From Chloroflexota bacterium (GTDB lineage: Bacteria > Chloroflexota > UBA11872): 64,000 nt of DNA. The first letter of the stretch is position 1. Each line of letters opens with the position of its first letter. Location of the stretch: assembly GCA_022825895.1 (NCBI GenBank), contig JAJDVX010000041.1:6944-70943 (forward strand). The letters run 5' to 3'. Of this stretch, positions 36,349 to 48,705 are shown one piece after another. Below the pieces are notes generated by a model. It had not been told where the DNA came from, did not search any database, and saw nothing but the letters and a program-made list of their open reading frames with translations. The translations under genes and the position numbers were made by a program.

Positions 36349-39300
36349 ATGCTTGAGGTCAACAAGTTCAGCGCGATTCGGATCCACCTGGCGTCCCCCG
36401 ACCAGGTTCGGTCCTGGTCCTACGGCGAGGTGGCCAAGCCGGAGACCATCAATTACCGCACGCTGAAGCCGGAGCGGGACGGCCTGTTCTGCGAACGCAT
36501 CTTCGGTCCGACGAAGGACTGGGAGTGCGCCTGCGGCAAGTACAAGCGCGTGCGCTTTCGAGGGATCATCTGCGACAAGTGCGGCGTTGAAGTCACACGC
36601 TCACGCGTTCGTCGTGAGCGGATGGGGCACATTGAGCTGGCGGCGCCAATTACCCACATCTGGTTTTTGAAGGGGACGCCCAGCCGAATCGGACAAGTTC
36701 TGGACATTACGCCGCGCGACCTGGAGAAGATCGTCTACTTCGCCTCGTTCATCATTACCGACCTGAATGAGGCTGAGCGCGACGAGGCGCTTGGCCGAGT
36801 TGATGAGGACCTGGCCGGCCGAATCGAGGACGTCGAGGATTCGGCGGCCATGCGTCTTGCGGATGAGAGTCGACGGCTGGACGATCAGACCGCGCAGCTG
36901 GACGCGCAGCTGGCCGATGAACTGAAGCGCCTGGACAGCGAGGCGCAGGCGAGTGTGGACTCCATTAACCAGGAGACTGCGGGCGTCCGCAACCTATTGG
37001 CCGCCGTGGGCCAGCGGAAGCTGGAAGACGCTGCCGAGCTGAGCTGGTTGCCCGAAGCCTTTGTGGCCGCTGGCGAGGTACCCCCCGCGGACGCTCTATC
37101 CAAGCTGGACGCGGCGACCGAGGCGGCTATTGCCGAAGTCACGTCCCGATTCGACGCCGAGAAGTCCGGCGCGCGAGATCGATTCAATGCGACCAAGGCC
37201 GTCGAGCGACGCGAGAGCGAGCAGGCGGTGACGGGCATTGAGGAGGATCGGCGCCGGGAAGTCGACGATGCCCGGGAATACTACGAGCAGCGCCGGAAGG
37301 ACCTGGCCACGCTGGAGCTTCACCAACTGCTCTCGGAGCCACGCTATCAGCAGTTGTCGCACACGTGCGGCGACATCTTCGAGGCCGGAATCGGCGCGGA
37401 GGCCGTTCGTGACCTGATCACTAACGTCGACCTGGATGATCTGGCGGATTTCCTGCGCGAAGAGTTGGAGGCCAACTCCATTCAGCGACGCAAGAAGGCC
37501 GCCAAGCGGCTGAAGGTGGTGGAGGCGTTTCGACGCTCGGGCAACCGCCCGGAGTGGATGATTCTGAACGTGCTGCCAGTGCTGCCGCCGGAACTCCGAC
37601 CGATGGTTCAACTGGACGGCGGACGGTTTGCGACGAGCGATCTGAACGATCTCTATCGACGGGTCATTAACCGCAATAACCGCCTCAAGCGCCTGGTAGA
37701 GCTTGGCGCGCCGGAGATCATCGTGCGCAACGAGAAGCGCATGCTCCAGGAAGCCGTGGACGCGCTGATCGACAATGGCCGACGCGGGCGGGCCGTGACC
37801 GGCTCATCCAACCATCCCTACAAGTCGCTGAGCGACCTCCTGCGCGGAAAGCAGGGTCGGTTCCGCCAAAACCTGCTGGGCAAGCGCGTGGACTACTCCG
37901 GTCGATCCGTGATCGTGGTTGGGCCGCACCTGAACCTGAACCAGTGTGGTCTACCGACCAAGATGGCCCTTGAGCTTTTCAAGCCCTTCGTGATGCGAAA
38001 ACTCGTGGACGACGGGCACGCCAGCAATATCAAGAGTGCCAAGCGGATGGTCGAGCATCCCGAACCGCTGGTCTGGGACGCGCTTGAAGAGGTAACTCGC
38101 GACCATCCCGTGTTGCTCAACCGCGCCCCGACGCTGCACCGCCTGGGGATCCAGGCGTTCGACATCGTGCTGGTGAGCGGCAGCGCCATCCAGATTCATC
38201 CGCTGGTTTGCACGGCGTTCAACGCGGACTTCGATGGCGACCAAATGGCCGTGCATGTGCCGCTCAGCCGGGCGGCGCAAGACGAAGCCCGCCACATCAT
38301 GAAGAGCACCCACAACATCTTGTCGCCCGCGGACGGTACGCCGATCGTGAGTCCAACGAAGGACATGGTGCTGGGGGCGTACTACCTCACGGAGGTCAGG
38401 GACGGCGCGACGGGCGAGGGCAAGCTCTTCGCCAATTTCGCTGACGCCGTGCTTGCTTTCGAACACGGGGTCGCGGACTTGCAAGCGCTGGTCCGCCTGC
38501 GGGTAACGCCGGAGGACTTCCCCGACGCGGCCATGGGGCAGGACGGTCCGGTCATCATTGAGACGACGGTCGGGCGGATCATGCTGAATCAAGCGATTCC
38601 GCGGGACCTTCGCTTCGTCAATGAACGCCTGGACAAGGGTGGCTTGCGGCGAGTGATCGAAATGGTCTTCTTCAACACCAACATGGACGTGACAGGTGAG
38701 GTAGCCAACCAGCTCAAGAACCTGGGCATGTACTGGGCTACCCGGTCCGGCGTCACGATGGGGATCAAAGATCTTGAGATTCCCGACGTGAAGCGCAAGG
38801 TCGAGCAGGAGACCGACGACCGCGTCAGCGGCATTCGCGCGAGCTACGAGGACGGGCTCATCACGGACGACGAGCGGTATCGCCTGACGGTTAAGGCGTG
38901 GACCGACGCGATGGCGACGGTTTCCAGTTCCGTTGAAGAGAGCATGGACGAGATGAGCCCAGTGTTCATGATGGGCAATTCAGGCGCCGCCAAGGGGAAT
39001 TTCGACCAGATTCGGCAGATTTCGGGTATGCGAGGTCTCATGTCGAACCCTTCCGGCCGGATCATTGAGATGCCGGTGCGGGCGAACTTCCGCGAGGGCA
39101 TGTCAACGCACGAGTACTTCATTTCCACGCATGGCGGGCGCAAGGGCCTGGCCGACACGGCCCTGCGTACGGCGGACAGTGGCTATCTGACCCGCCGCCT
39201 GGTTGACGTGGCCCAAGATGTGATTGTGATGGGTGACGACTGCGGCACCCTGGACGGGATTCCGGTTGAAACCGGCGACCTGGACGAAGTGCTGGACTCG

Positions 39301-40938
39301 GTGGGCGTTCGATGCTTCGGACGGTTTCCCGCCCGCCCGATCGTTCATCCGGAGACCGGGGAGATCATCGTGCCCCTGGGCACCCTGATTGATCATGAAC
39401 TCGTAAAGGTGATCGACAGCGCCGGGGTGGAGGCGGCCGTGGTTCGGTCGCCGATGACCTGCGCCAATGCTCGGGGTCTTTGCCAGATGTGCTACGGCAT
39501 GGATCTGGCTCGCCATGACCTGGTGGCCGAGGGGACCGCCGTTGGGATTATCGCCGCGCAGTCGATGGGCGAACCCGCGACTCAGCTGACGATGCGTACG
39601 TTCCACCTTGGCGGCATTGCGACGGGTGCCGACATTGTGGACAAGGAACAAGGGCTTCCGCGGGTGCAGGAGCTGTTTGAGGCTCGCATTCCCAAGGGCG
39701 TCGCCGTGATGAGTGACATCGACGGTACGGTTGAGGTCATTGACGACGACGAGCAGCGCCGAGTTCGGGTTGTTTCAGCCCACGTGCACGAGTACGACTA
39801 CGTGCTTGAACCCGGGATGGTCCCGATCGTGGACGACGGGGCCGACGTGGCGAGAAACGCCGTGCTTGCCGTGCCACAAGTCCAGGCTGATGATCTCCTG
39901 GCTCGCAAGGCCAAGAGCAAGTCGAACACGATCAGTAAACGGGCGCTGGCCAAGGTCGCCAGTATCGGCGTGACAGCCGAGGCGGAGGGCGTGGTCGAGC
40001 TTCATGATGGCCGGATCGTCGTTCGCGCCGAGGATGAGGATGTCAGCGAGTACCCGGTATCGCCGGCCTCCGAACTGCGCGTGCACAGCGGTGACTTTGT
40101 GCGGGTGGGCGATCAACTCACGGAGGGTCCGCTCAACCCCCACGACATTCTGCGCCTTCGAGGCCGCGCCGAGTTGCAGCAGTACATCGTCAGCGAAGTT
40201 CAGCGGGTGTACCGAATGGTCGGCGTGGCGGTGAATGACAAGCACATCGAGATCATCATCCGGCAGATGCTGCGTCACGACGCGGTGGATACTCCGGGCG
40301 AAACGACGCTCTTGCCGGGCACGCTGGTCGATCGGTCCACGCTGGCGGAGACCAACGTGCAGGTGGCGGAGACGGGCGGTCGGATTGCGGATTCTCACGA
40401 AGTCCTGCTGGGTGTGACCAAGGCATCTCTGAATAACGAGAGCTTCCTGGCCGCCGCGTCGTTCCAGGACACGACGCGCGTCCTGACCGAAGCCGTGGTG
40501 GAAGGCAAGACGGATCACCTGCACGGGCTGAAAGAAAACGTGATCATCGGAAAGCTCATCCCGGCCGGAACCGGCTGGGATCGGTATCACGGTCCGGAGC
40601 TCGAAGCTCCGAGCCAGTCCGATGTCCTGATCGACACGGAGGCCATGCACATGGCCGAAGGTGTGTCGCTGGAAGACTTGCGCGAGGATAACGGCGCGGG
40701 TGACGTCACCGACGCTGATGACAGCCCGCAGGCAGGCGTTGTGACGGCCGGTGCGCCGCCAATGGACGCTGCCGAGAGCGATTTGCTGGCGGGCATCGAT
40801 ACGAATCGACCCGGCGCGAGTGACGATTTCGCGGACTTCCTGCGGCCCGTGGACGAGGCCGGCATCGACGAGTCTTCGGCGGTGCGCCTGGACCCGACGA
40901 CGGACGGCGACAGCGTTGACGACGGGGATGGCCGGTGA
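36349..40938 (+). CDS. rpoC: RNA polymerase beta' subunit
   Basis: Zn ribbon, NADFDGD, bridge helix, trigger loop TQLTMRTFH; AGGAGG RBS. Confidence 0.99.
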   Translation: MLEVNKFSAIRIHLASPDQVRSWSYGEVAKPETINYRTLKPERDGLFCERIFGPTKDWECACGKYKRVRFRGIICDKCGVEVTRSRVRRERMGHIELAAPITHIWFLKGTPSRIGQVLDITPRDLEKIVYFASFIITDLNEAERDEALGRVDEDLAGRIEDVEDSAAMRLADESRRLDDQTAQLDAQLADELKRLDSEAQASVDSINQETAGVRNLLAAVGQRKLEDAAELSWLPEAFVAAGEVPPADALSKLDAATEAAIAEVTSRFDAEKSGARDRFNATKAVERRESEQAVTGIEEDRRREVDDAREYYEQRRKDLATLELHQLLSEPRYQQLSHTCGDIFEAGIGAEAVRDLITNVDLDDLADFLREELEANSIQRRKKAAKRLKVVEAFRRSGNRPEWMILNVLPVLPPELRPMVQLDGGRFATSDLNDLYRRVINRNNRLKRLVELGAPEIIVRNEKRMLQEAVDALIDNGRRGRAVTGSSNHPYKSLSDLLRGKQGRFRQNLLGKRVDYSGRSVIVVGPHLNLNQCGLPTKMALELFKPFVMRKLVDDGHASNIKSAKRMVEHPEPLVWDALEEVTRDHPVLLNRAPTLHRLGIQAFDIVLVSGSAIQIHPLVCTAFNADFDGDQMAVHVPLSRAAQDEARHIMKSTHNILSPADGTPIVSPTKDMVLGAYYLTEVRDGATGEGKLFANFADAVLAFEHGVADLQALVRLRVTPEDFPDAAMGQDGPVIIETTVGRIMLNQAIPRDLRFVNERLDKGGLRRVIEMVFFNTNMDVTGEVANQLKNLGMYWATRSGVTMGIKDLEIPDVKRKVEQETDDRVSGIRASYEDGLITDDERYRLTVKAWTDAMATVSSSVEESMDEMSPVFMMGNSGAAKGNFDQIRQISGMRGLMSNPSGRIIEMPVRANFREGMSTHEYFISTHGGRKGLADTALRTADSGYLTRRLVDVAQDVIVMGDDCGTLDGIPVETGDLDEVLDSVGVRCFGRFPARPIVHPETGEIIVPLGTLIDHELVKVIDSAGVEAAVVRSPMTCANARGLCQMCYGMDLARHDLVAEGTAVGIIAAQSMGEPATQLTMRTFHLGGIATGADIVDKEQGLPRVQELFEARIPKGVAVMSDIDGTVEVIDDDEQRRVRVVSAHVHEYDYVLEPGMVPIVDDGADVARNAVLAVPQVQADDLLARKAKSKSNTISKRALAKVASIGVTAEAEGVVELHDGRIVVRAEDEDVSEYPVSPASELRVHSGDFVRVGDQLTEGPLNPHDILRLRGRAELQQYIVSEVQRVYRMVGVAVNDKHIEIIIRQMLRHDAVDTPGETTLLPGTLVDRSTLAETNVQVAETGGRIADSHEVLLGVTKASLNNESFLAAASFQDTTRVLTEAVVEGKTDHLHGLKENVIIGKLIPAGTGWDRYHGPELEAPSQSDVLIDTEAMHMAEGVSLEDLREDNGAGDVTDADDSPQAGVVTAGAPPMDAAESDLLAGIDTNRPGASDDFADFLRPVDEAGIDESSAVRLDPTTDGDSVDDGDGR

Positions 40939-41010
40939 TAGGCTCGTCGCTGCCGTGGCTGGCCCTGTGCCGCCGGGCATTTTCTACGTAAGGGCTCTGA
41001 AGGTCACCTC

Positions 41011-41424
41011 GTGCCTACAATTAATCAACTCGTCCGTAAGGGGCGCAAGCAACGCCGAAGCAAACTCAAGGCGCCAGCGTTGCATTACTCGTACAACGGA
41101 CTGCGACGTCGTATGCAGCGGGGCGATGGCTCGCCCCAAAAGCGTGGCGTATGCACCTTAGTGCGAACCGTTACCCCGAAGAAGCCGAATTCGGCGCTAC
41201 GGAAAGTTGCGCGCGTTCGGCTTTCAAACGGGATTGAAGTCACGGCGTACATTCCGGGTGAGGGGCATCGGCTGCAGGAGCACTCGGTGGTGTTGATTCG
41301 CGGTGGTCGCGTGCGCGATCTCCCAGGCGTCCGGTACCACATTGTGCGTGGAACCCTTGACGCTGACGGTGTCGAGGGTCGTCGACGCAGCCGGTCCAAG
41401 TACGGCGCAAAGCGCGACGCCTAG
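41011..41424 (+). CDS. rpsL: 30S ribosomal protein S12
   Basis: [31 protein letters not shown]. Confidence 0.99.
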   Translation: MPTINQLVRKGRKQRRSKLKAPALHYSYNGLRRRMQRGDGSPQKRGVCTLVRTVTPKKPNSALRKVARVRLSNGIEVTAYIPGEGHRLQEHSVVLIRGGRVRDLPGVRYHIVRGTLDADGVEGRRRSRSKYGAKRDA

Positions 41425-41496
41425 CTCGCTGAATCGGAAGTCCCTGCCCATGACGTTGCCCACAGCAGCCGCTCCGCCGCGTGCGAGTCGCGCCTG

Positions 41497-41967
41497 ATGC
41501 CGCGTCGCAAGCGACCGGAACGTCGCGTGATTCCGCCAGACCCTCGATTCAACAACCGCACCGTGCAGCGGTTTATCAACAAGGTGATGCGAAGCGGCAA
41601 GAAGTCGCTGTCGCAGCGGATCGTATATAACGCCTTCGACATTATTGAAGGTCGGACCGGCGCACCGGCGATTGACGTGTTCGAGGCCGCCGTACGTAAT
41701 GCGATGCCCCAAGTCGAAGTCAAGCCGCGTCGTGTCGGCGGCGCCAATTACCAGGTCCCCGTGGAAATCCGCGGGGACCGGCGCTATTCGCTGGCCGTGC
41801 GCTGGCTGATTGATGCATCCCGCAATCGGGGTGGCCGGTCTATGCCCGAACGCCTGGCCGCCGAGTTGATGGAAGCGGCTGACGGGCAGGGTGGCGCCGT
41901 GCGACGGCGGGATGAAATGCATCGAATGGCGGAAGCGAACCGAGCGTTCGCGATTTACGCGTATTAG
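41497..41967 (+). CDS. rpsG: 30S ribosomal protein S7
   Basis: [22 protein letters not shown]. Confidence 0.99.
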   Translation: MPRRKRPERRVIPPDPRFNNRTVQRFINKVMRSGKKSLSQRIVYNAFDIIEGRTGAPAIDVFEAAVRNAMPQVEVKPRRVGGANYQVPVEIRGDRRYSLAVRWLIDASRNRGGRSMPERLAAELMEAADGQGGAVRRRDEMHRMAEANRAFAIYAY

Positions 41968-41999
41968 CCCGTCTGCCTGAACCCCGGAACACGAGGCCC

Positions 42000-44072
42000 A
42001 TGAACACCCTGGATATTTCGCGTACGCGCAACATTGGAATCATTGCCCACATTGACGCGGGCAAGACGACCACTACGGAACGCATTCTGTTCTTTTGTGG
42101 CCGGATTCACCGCGTGGGCGAGGTGCACGACGGCAACGCCCAGATGGACTGGATGGCGCAGGAGCGTGAGCGCGGCATCACGATTGTGGCCGCCGCGACC
42201 ACGGCGTCCTGGAACGATCACCGGATCAACATTATCGATACGCCAGGTCACGTTGATTTCACCGCCGAGGTGGAACGTTCGTTGCGCGTCCTCGATGGTG
42301 GAGTTGTCGTGTTTGATGCGGTCAATGGCGTGGAGCCACAGTCGGAAACCGTCTGGCGGCAGGCCGACCGATACAGCGTTCCGCGGGTGGCCTTTATCAA
42401 CAAGATGGACCGGCGCGGGGCGGACTTTGACGCAACGATCGATTCGATTCGCGACCGACTTGGCGCCAATCCGGTGCCCATTCAGATCCCCATTGGCTTT
42501 GAAGCGGAGTTCGACGGTGTGGTCGATCTGGTGACGATGGAGGCAATTCGCTGGTCGCCGGACCGTCTGGCGGCTCCCGTGCGAGGGCCAGTTCCGGACG
42601 AGCTTGAAGCAGCCGCCCTGGACGCTCGTGAGCGAATGGTGGAGGCGCTGGCCGAACTTGATGACGACGTGGCCGTCAAGTATCTGGACGGCGAGGAACT
42701 GAGCACGAATGAGCTCATGGCGGCCGTGCGTCAAATGACGGTTCGGGCGCAGGGTGTTCCGGTGCTGATGGGCTCCGCGTTGCGCAACAAGGGCATCGAG
42801 CCATTGCTCGACGCGATCACGGCCTATTTGCCCTCGCCTCTCGACGTGCCGCCGGTGACCGGAATCAATCCGAAGACCGGCGCGGAGGAACAACGCCGAC
42901 CAGCGGAGGACGATCCGTTTACGGCGATTGCGTTCAAGATCGTGGCTGACCCGCATGCCGGCAAGCTGGCGTATTTCCGGGTGTATTCGGGATCGATCGA
43001 GCCTGGCGGTACCGTGCTGAATACGGCCGCCGGCAAGCGGGAGCGCCTATCGCGGGTGCTTCGCATGCACGCCGATAAGCGCGAGGAAGTTTCGGAGACG
43101 ATCCGGTACGGCGACATCCTGGCCGCCGTGGGCGTCCGCTCCACAAACACCGGCGATACCCTGACGGATCCCAAGTACCCGCTGCAGTTGGAGTCCATTA
43201 CCTTTCCCGAGCCGGTGGTCACAATTGCGATCGAGCCGAGGAGCCGGGGCGATCAGGACAAGATCATCGATGCGCTGCGACGGCTTGGTGAGGAAGACCC
43301 GACGTTTCGCATCAGCGCCAACGAGGAGACGGGGCAGACGCTGATTGCCGGCATGGGTGAGTTGCATCTTGAAGTCATCGTGGACCGGCTGCTGCGTGAG
43401 TACCGCGTGGGCGCCAATGTCGGACGGCCGCAAGTGTCGTATCGGGAGCGGCCGCGGCGCGAAAGCACCGGGCGGGGGCGCTTTGTCCGACAGACTGGCG
43501 GCCGCGGGCAGTACGGTGATGTGACGGTTGAGCTTGAGCCGCTGCCGCTGGGTACGGGCGTTCAGATTGAGCGTCGCATTGTCGGTGGCGCGATTCCCGT
43601 GCAGTTCATTCCGGCGGCCGAGCGAGGAGCGGCGCGTCGGTTGACAAGCGGCCCACAAGGCATGGAGGTCACTGACGTACGCATCACGCTTGTGGACGGC
43701 TCGTACCACGAGGTCGATTCGTCGGAGCTTGCCTTTGAAATCGCCGGCGCCATGGCCGTGGAAGACGCGCTGAACAGGGCGAAAACGGATGTCATGGAGC
43801 CGTTGATGAGCGTCCAGGTCGTCGTTCCCGAGGACTACGTGGGCGACACGCTGGCCGGACTGGCCGCGAAGCGCGGCACCATTCACGGCGCCGACATGCG
43901 TGGCGGGTCGCACATTCTCGTGGCGGAGGTACCGCTGGCGACGATGTTCGGGTACGCTAACGAGTTGCGTTCGGCGACTCAGGGTCGCGGGACGTTTTCC
44001 ATGGAGTTTTCCCACTACGCGGTGACTCAACGAGCGGGTGCCGCGGATGGACTTCTGACGCCGGTTTCTTAA
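42000..44072 (+). CDS. fusA: Elongation factor G
   Basis: [38 protein letters not shown]. Confidence 0.98.
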   Translation: MNTLDISRTRNIGIIAHIDAGKTTTTERILFFCGRIHRVGEVHDGNAQMDWMAQERERGITIVAAATTASWNDHRINIIDTPGHVDFTAEVERSLRVLDGGVVVFDAVNGVEPQSETVWRQADRYSVPRVAFINKMDRRGADFDATIDSIRDRLGANPVPIQIPIGFEAEFDGVVDLVTMEAIRWSPDRLAAPVRGPVPDELEAAALDARERMVEALAELDDDVAVKYLDGEELSTNELMAAVRQMTVRAQGVPVLMGSALRNKGIEPLLDAITAYLPSPLDVPPVTGINPKTGAEEQRRPAEDDPFTAIAFKIVADPHAGKLAYFRVYSGSIEPGGTVLNTAAGKRERLSRVLRMHADKREEVSETIRYGDILAAVGVRSTNTGDTLTDPKYPLQLESITFPEPVVTIAIEPRSRGDQDKIIDALRRLGEEDPTFRISANEETGQTLIAGMGELHLEVIVDRLLREYRVGANVGRPQVSYRERPRRESTGRGRFVRQTGGRGQYGDVTVELEPLPLGTGVQIERRIVGGAIPVQFIPAAERGAARRLTSGPQGMEVTDVRITLVDGSYHEVDSSELAFEIAGAMAVEDALNRAKTDVMEPLMSVQVVVPEDYVGDTLAGLAAKRGTIHGADMRGGSHILVAEVPLATMFGYANELRSATQGRGTFSMEFSHYAVTQRAGAADGLLTPVS

Positions 44073-44101
44073 CCGCGCACTGCGCAGGAGCACAGGAGCG
44101 A

Positions 44102-45304
44102 ATGGCACGCCAACACTTCGAACGAACGAAGCCGCACGTCAACGTGGGCACGATTGGCCACGTTGACCACGGCAAGACGACGCTGACCGCCGCAATCACG
44201 AAGGTGCTGTCGTACAAGCAATTGGCCGACTTCATGGCCTTCGACGAAATCGACCGCGCGCCCGAGGAGAAGGAACGCGGAATCACGATTTCAATTACGC
44301 ATGCGGAATACGAGACCGAGAGCCGGCACTACGCGCACATTGACGCCCCCGGCCACCGGGACTACATCAAGAACATGATCACGGGCGCCGCTCAGATGGA
44401 CGGCGCGATCCTCGTGGTCGGCGCGGACGACGGTCCGATGCCGCAAACGTATGAGCACGTATTGCTGGCGCGCCAAGTGGACGTCCCGGCGATCGTGGTA
44501 TTCCTCAACAAGGCGGACATCGTTGAAGACGAGGAGTTGCTTGAGCTCGTTGATCTTGAACTTCGCGACCTCTTGAACAAGTACGACTTCGACGGTGACA
44601 ACGCTCCGATCATTCCGGGCAGCGCCCTGCTGGCGTTGGAGTCGGAGAGCACGGACCTGGATGCGCCGGAGTATCAGCCGATCCTGGAGTTGATGGAAGC
44701 CGTGGACACGTTTATTCCACAGCCGGAGCGTCCGGTCGACCAGCCGTTCCTGATGCCGGTTGAGGATGTGTTCGGCATCAAGGGTCGCGGCACCGTGGTC
44801 ACGGGCCGCGTCGAGCGCGGCAAGGTTGAGGTCGGGGAGCAGGTTGACATCGTCGGCATGCGTTCCGAGATCGATCAGCGAGTCGTGACCGGCGTGGAGA
44901 TGTTCCGCAAGACGCTGGACGAAGGCGTGGCCGGCGACAATGTCGGTTGCCTGCTTCGTGGCATTGAACGCGACGAGGTGGAGCGCGGAATGGTGCTGGC
45001 GAAGACCGGTTCCATCACCCCCCACACCGAATTCATGGCCCAGGTCTACGTGCTGACGCGTGACGAAGGCGGCCGGCACACGCCGTTTTTCAGTGGCTAT
45101 CGTCCACAGTTCTACATTCGAACCACGGACGTGACCGGCGAGATTGAGTTGCCGGAAGGGACTGAAATGGTTGTGCCCGGCGACAACGTGGAAATGACGG
45201 TGCGCCTGCACCAGCCGATTGCCCTGGAGGATGGCGTGAATTTCGCGATCCGCGAAGGTGGCGTGACGGTCGGCGCGGGCGTCGTGACGAGCATCATCAA
45301 GTAA
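44102..45304 (+). CDS. tuf: Elongation factor Tu
   Basis: [31 protein letters not shown]. Confidence 0.99.
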   Translation: MARQHFERTKPHVNVGTIGHVDHGKTTLTAAITKVLSYKQLADFMAFDEIDRAPEEKERGITISITHAEYETESRHYAHIDAPGHRDYIKNMITGAAQMDGAILVVGADDGPMPQTYEHVLLARQVDVPAIVVFLNKADIVEDEELLELVDLELRDLLNKYDFDGDNAPIIPGSALLALESESTDLDAPEYQPILELMEAVDTFIPQPERPVDQPFLMPVEDVFGIKGRGTVVTGRVERGKVEVGEQVDIVGMRSEIDQRVVTGVEMFRKTLDEGVAGDNVGCLLRGIERDEVERGMVLAKTGSITPHTEFMAQVYVLTRDEGGRHTPFFSGYRPQFYIRTTDVTGEIELPEGTEMVVPGDNVEMTVRLHQPIALEDGVNFAIREGGVTVGAGVVTSIIK

Positions 45305-45307
45305 CCG

Positions 45308-45700
45308 ATGGCCCACGCGCGCGCCCGCCCCCCTCGCCCGGCTTCGATGGAAGCCTCGGGCCGTCGTGCGCCGGCACGCCCACGACGACAGTCGCCCACG
45401 CAGCGAATCCGGATTCGCCTCAAGGCTTATGACCACCGCGTGCTGGATGACGCGGCTCGACGCATCATCGATACGGCGGGCCGGACCGGCGCTGACGTGC
45501 GTGGGCCGATCCCGCTTCCCACGGAGCGCAAGACGTGGACGGTGATTCGATCCCCATTCATTGACAAGGACTCGCGCGAGCAGTTCGAGATGCGGACGCA
45601 CAAGCGGCTGATTGACGTCATTGATCCGACGCCTCAGACCATGGACGAACTCCTGCGGTTGCAACTGGCCGCGGGCGTCGACATTGAGTTGAAGTCGTAG
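45308..45700 (+). CDS. rpsJ: 30S ribosomal protein S10 (N-terminally extended; alternative ATG 45347)
   Basis: [30 protein letters not shown]. Confidence 0.96.
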   Translation: MAHARARPPRPASMEASGRRAPARPRRQSPTQRIRIRLKAYDHRVLDDAARRIIDTAGRTGADVRGPIPLPTERKTWTVIRSPFIDKDSREQFEMRTHKRLIDVIDPTPQTMDELLRLQLAAGVDIELKS

Positions 45701-45702
45701 CG

Positions 45703-46344
45703 ATGTCCGTGGGGCTTATCGGTCGTAAGCTCGGCATGACGCAAGTCTTTGACGACCACGGTCGGGCGTTGGGCGTCTCGGTCCTCCAGGCCGGGCCGTG
45801 CCATGTCACGCAGGTACGAACCGACGCCACCGACGGCTATTCCGCCGTGCAGCTCGGTTTCGATCCCGGGCCCGAACGTCGGCTTACGCGCGCGGAGCGC
45901 GGGCACCTTGGGCGCTTGCCGTCCTACCGCGTGTTACGCGAGTTTCGAACGCCGGACGCGACCGACTTTTCGGTCGGGGACGAGCTCAGCGTGGCCAATG
46001 TGGACCTCGGACCGCGTGTGGACGTTGTGAGCGTGTCCAAGGGCAAAGGTTTCGCCGGCGTGATGAAGCGTCATGGATTCAGGGGCGGCAAGCGGACCCA
46101 CGGCCAGTCTGATCGCGAGCGGGCACCAGGATCGATTGGCGCCGGGACGTCGCCCAGCCGAGTCTTTAAGGGCACCCGCATGGCTGGACGCATGGGTGGG
46201 AGCCGCACGACGTCCCGCAATCTCACGGTGGCAGGCGTTGACGTTGATCGAGGCTTGGTCCTCGTGGTTGGCGCAGTGCCCGGACCGCGCGACACCGTCG
46301 TGACCATTCGGCCCGTTCGCCGAACCGGCCGGGGGGCTGCCTGA
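45703..46344 (+). CDS. rplC: 50S ribosomal protein L3
   Basis: GRKLGMTQVF, SKGKGFAGVMKRHGF, RAPGSIG. Confidence 0.98.
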   Translation: MSVGLIGRKLGMTQVFDDHGRALGVSVLQAGPCHVTQVRTDATDGYSAVQLGFDPGPERRLTRAERGHLGRLPSYRVLREFRTPDATDFSVGDELSVANVDLGPRVDVVSVSKGKGFAGVMKRHGFRGGKRTHGQSDRERAPGSIGAGTSPSRVFKGTRMAGRMGGSRTTSRNLTVAGVDVDRGLVLVVGAVPGPRDTVVTIRPVRRTGRGAA

Positions 46345-46955
46345 TGGCCGCACAGAACGAAGGTCCGAATGAGCTCGCAGCGGTGGCGAGCGACTGTTTC
46401 GGCAGCGCGGACGCGCCGGCCGAAATGCTGAAGCGCATGCTGATCGTTCACGCGGCCAACCAGCGCCAGGCCACGGCCAACACGAAGAGTCGTGGCCAGG
46501 TGGCGGCCAGCACGGCCAAACTCTTCCGCCAGAAGGGTTCCGGTCGCGCACGCGCGGGCAGCGCAGGTTCGCCCGTGCGGCGGGGCGGCGGTGTGGCCTT
46601 TGGGCCCAAGCCCGGGCGCGCGCGTGCTCGCATGAACAAGCGTGAGCGAAAAGAGGCGATACGTGCGCTGTTGGCGGGCAAGGCCGCCGGGGCGTGCATT
46701 CGCGTGGCGCCCTCGTGGGGCGACTCGCCGAGGACACGCGACCGAGCGGCGTGGCTGACTGCCAGCGGTTTGTCCGGACGCGTGCTCCTGGTTGACGTGG
46801 ATCCTTCGGAGGCGTTGCGGCGCTCGGCACGGAACATCCCCAACGTGGATGTCGAACGGGCCGATACGTTGAGCTTCTATGGAATCGCCGTGGCCGACCA
46901 CATTGTGGCCAGCCCGGCGGCGCTGGATGCGCTGCAGGCGCGAGTTGGCCGATGA
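46344..46955 (+). CDS. rplD: 50S ribosomal protein L4 (divergent)
   Basis: TKSRGQV, RQKGSGRARAGS, GGGVAFGPKP, SARNIP; position in the S10 operon. Confidence 0.94.
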   Translation: MAAQNEGPNELAAVASDCFGSADAPAEMLKRMLIVHAANQRQATANTKSRGQVAASTAKLFRQKGSGRARAGSAGSPVRRGGGVAFGPKPGRARARMNKRERKEAIRALLAGKAAGACIRVAPSWGDSPRTRDRAAWLTASGLSGRVLLVDVDPSEALRRSARNIPNVDVERADTLSFYGIAVADHIVASPAALDALQARVGR

Positions 46956-47236
46956 ACCCCGCCGACGTCATTACGCGCCCAATCGTGACGGAGAAGTCCA
47001 CGGCGCTGGGCGAACTCGGCAAGTACGTGTTCCAGGTCCGGAGCGGGGCGTCCAAGCACTCGGTCCGGCAAGCCGTGGAGGCCATGTTTCACGTGGAGGT
47101 CGCGTCGGTCAACGTAATGAACGTGCGCGGAAAGCCGCGGAGGATGGGACGATTCGAAGGTCACCAGCCAAGCTGGCGCAAGGCCGTGGTCACTCTGCGC
47201 GAAGGCCACACTATCGAAGTGGTCCCGGGGGTCTAG
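46952..47236 (+). CDS. rplW: 50S ribosomal protein L23
   Basis: RPIVTEKS, WRKAVVTL. Confidence 0.97.
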   Translation: MNPADVITRPIVTEKSTALGELGKYVFQVRSGASKHSVRQAVEAMFHVEVASVNVMNVRGKPRRMGRFEGHQPSWRKAVVTLREGHTIEVVPGV

Positions 47237-47239
47237 GCG

Positions 47240-48070
47240 ATGGGACTGCGTAACTTCAACCCAACCTCGCCGGGCCGGCGTGGCTACGTTGCGGTTGACA
47301 ACATTGAGCTGTCAGGCGACCGGCCGCTGAAGACGCTGCTGCGTCCGCTCAAGAAGCGGGCGGGTCGCAATAACACCGGCAGGATTACCGTTCGGCATCG
47401 CGGCGGCGGCGCCAAGCGACGCTACCGTGTTATCGATTGGCGTCGCGACAAAGCTGGTGTGCCGGCCGTGGTCGCCAGTGTTGAATACGATCCCAACCGA
47501 TCGGCGCATATTGCTCTGCTGCACTATCGGGACGGTGAGAAGCGATACATCCTGGCGCCGGTTGGGATTGACGTGGGCAGCGAGCTCCTTTCCGGCCCTG
47601 GCGCCGAACCGCGACCTGGGAACGCCATGCAGCTCGCTCGCATCCCGGCGGGAACCGAGATCCATGCCGTGGAGTTGACTCCCGGACGCGGCGCCCAGCT
47701 GGTGCGGTCCGCCGGCATGGTGTGTCAGCTCATGGCCAAGGACCGCGGACTTGCGACGCTTCGATTACCGTCAGGCGAGATGCGTCAAGTCTCCGAGGCC
47801 TGTGTGGCGACGGTGGGCCGCGTAGGGAATGTGGACCACAGTAACCAGTCGGCGGGGAAGGCTGGTCGGATACGATGGCGCCGCCGCCGCCCACAGGTGC
47901 GTGGTGCGGCCATGAACCCTCACGATCATCCACATGGCGGCGGCGAAGGCAAGGCGCCAGTGGGCATGCCGGGACCGAAAACGCCGTGGGGCAAACCCAC
48001 CCAAGGTCGCCGAACTCGGGTCGGGCGACGTCCCAGCGACAAGTTCATCGTGCGCCGGCGGAACAGGTAG
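47240..48070 (+). CDS. rplB: 50S ribosomal protein L2
   Basis: [30 protein letters not shown]. Confidence 0.99.
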   Translation: MGLRNFNPTSPGRRGYVAVDNIELSGDRPLKTLLRPLKKRAGRNNTGRITVRHRGGGAKRRYRVIDWRRDKAGVPAVVASVEYDPNRSAHIALLHYRDGEKRYILAPVGIDVGSELLSGPGAEPRPGNAMQLARIPAGTEIHAVELTPGRGAQLVRSAGMVCQLMAKDRGLATLRLPSGEMRQVSEACVATVGRVGNVDHSNQSAGKAGRIRWRRRRPQVRGAAMNPHDHPHGGGEGKAPVGMPGPKTPWGKPTQGRRTRVGRRPSDKFIVRRRNR

Positions 48071-48076
48071 GACGGA

Positions 48077-48361
48077 ATGTCGCGCAGCACAAAAAAGGGT
48101 TGGTACATCCATCCGAAACTCGAGAAGCGCGTGGCCGACGCCTCGCGCAGCCGCCGCAAGCAGGTCATACGAACCTGGAGTCGGGCCAGCGTGGTTCACC
48201 CCGAAATGGTGGGACTCACAATCGCCGTGCACGATGGTCGACGGCACGTGCCGGTGTACATCTCCGAGAACATGGTGGGGCATCGGCTTGGTGAATTCGC
48301 ACCGACGCGTACGTTTCGCAGCCATGCGCGCGGACGCTCCACGACGCCGATGGGACGCTAA
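48077..48361 (+). CDS. rpsS: 30S ribosomal protein S19
   Basis: [20 protein letters not shown]. Confidence 0.98.
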   Translation: MSRSTKKGWYIHPKLEKRVADASRSRRKQVIRTWSRASVVHPEMVGLTIAVHDGRRHVPVYISENMVGHRLGEFAPTRTFRSHARGRSTTPMGR

Positions 48362-48364
48362 GGC

Positions 48365-48703
48365 ATGGAAGTCTCCGCAACGGCCAAGTACGTGCGCATG
48401 TCGCCGCAGCGCGGACGAGTGATCGCGCGCGAGTTGGCGGGACTCGAGATTGACCAGGCAATGTCCATGCTGGCGTTCATGCCCAATCGAGCGGCGTCTG
48501 AGATTGCCAAGGTCGTCAAGTCAGCGACGGCCAACGCCGAGCACAACTATGCGCTGGACCGCGACGCGTTGCGCATCCAGTCGGTCGTGGTCAACGACGG
48601 GCCGGCACTGCGACGCTTCCGGCCGAGATCACGTGGGCGGGTTGGCCCGTACCTGAAGCGATCCGGTCACATTACCGTGACGGTTGAAGACGGGATGGCG
48701 TAG
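48365..48703 (+). CDS. rplV: 50S ribosomal protein L22
   Basis: YVRMSP, SATANAEHN, RFRPRSRGR. Confidence 0.97.
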   Translation: MEVSATAKYVRMSPQRGRVIARELAGLEIDQAMSMLAFMPNRAASEIAKVVKSATANAEHNYALDRDALRIQSVVVNDGPALRRFRPRSRGRVGPYLKRSGHITVTVEDGMA

Positions 48704-48705
48704 AC

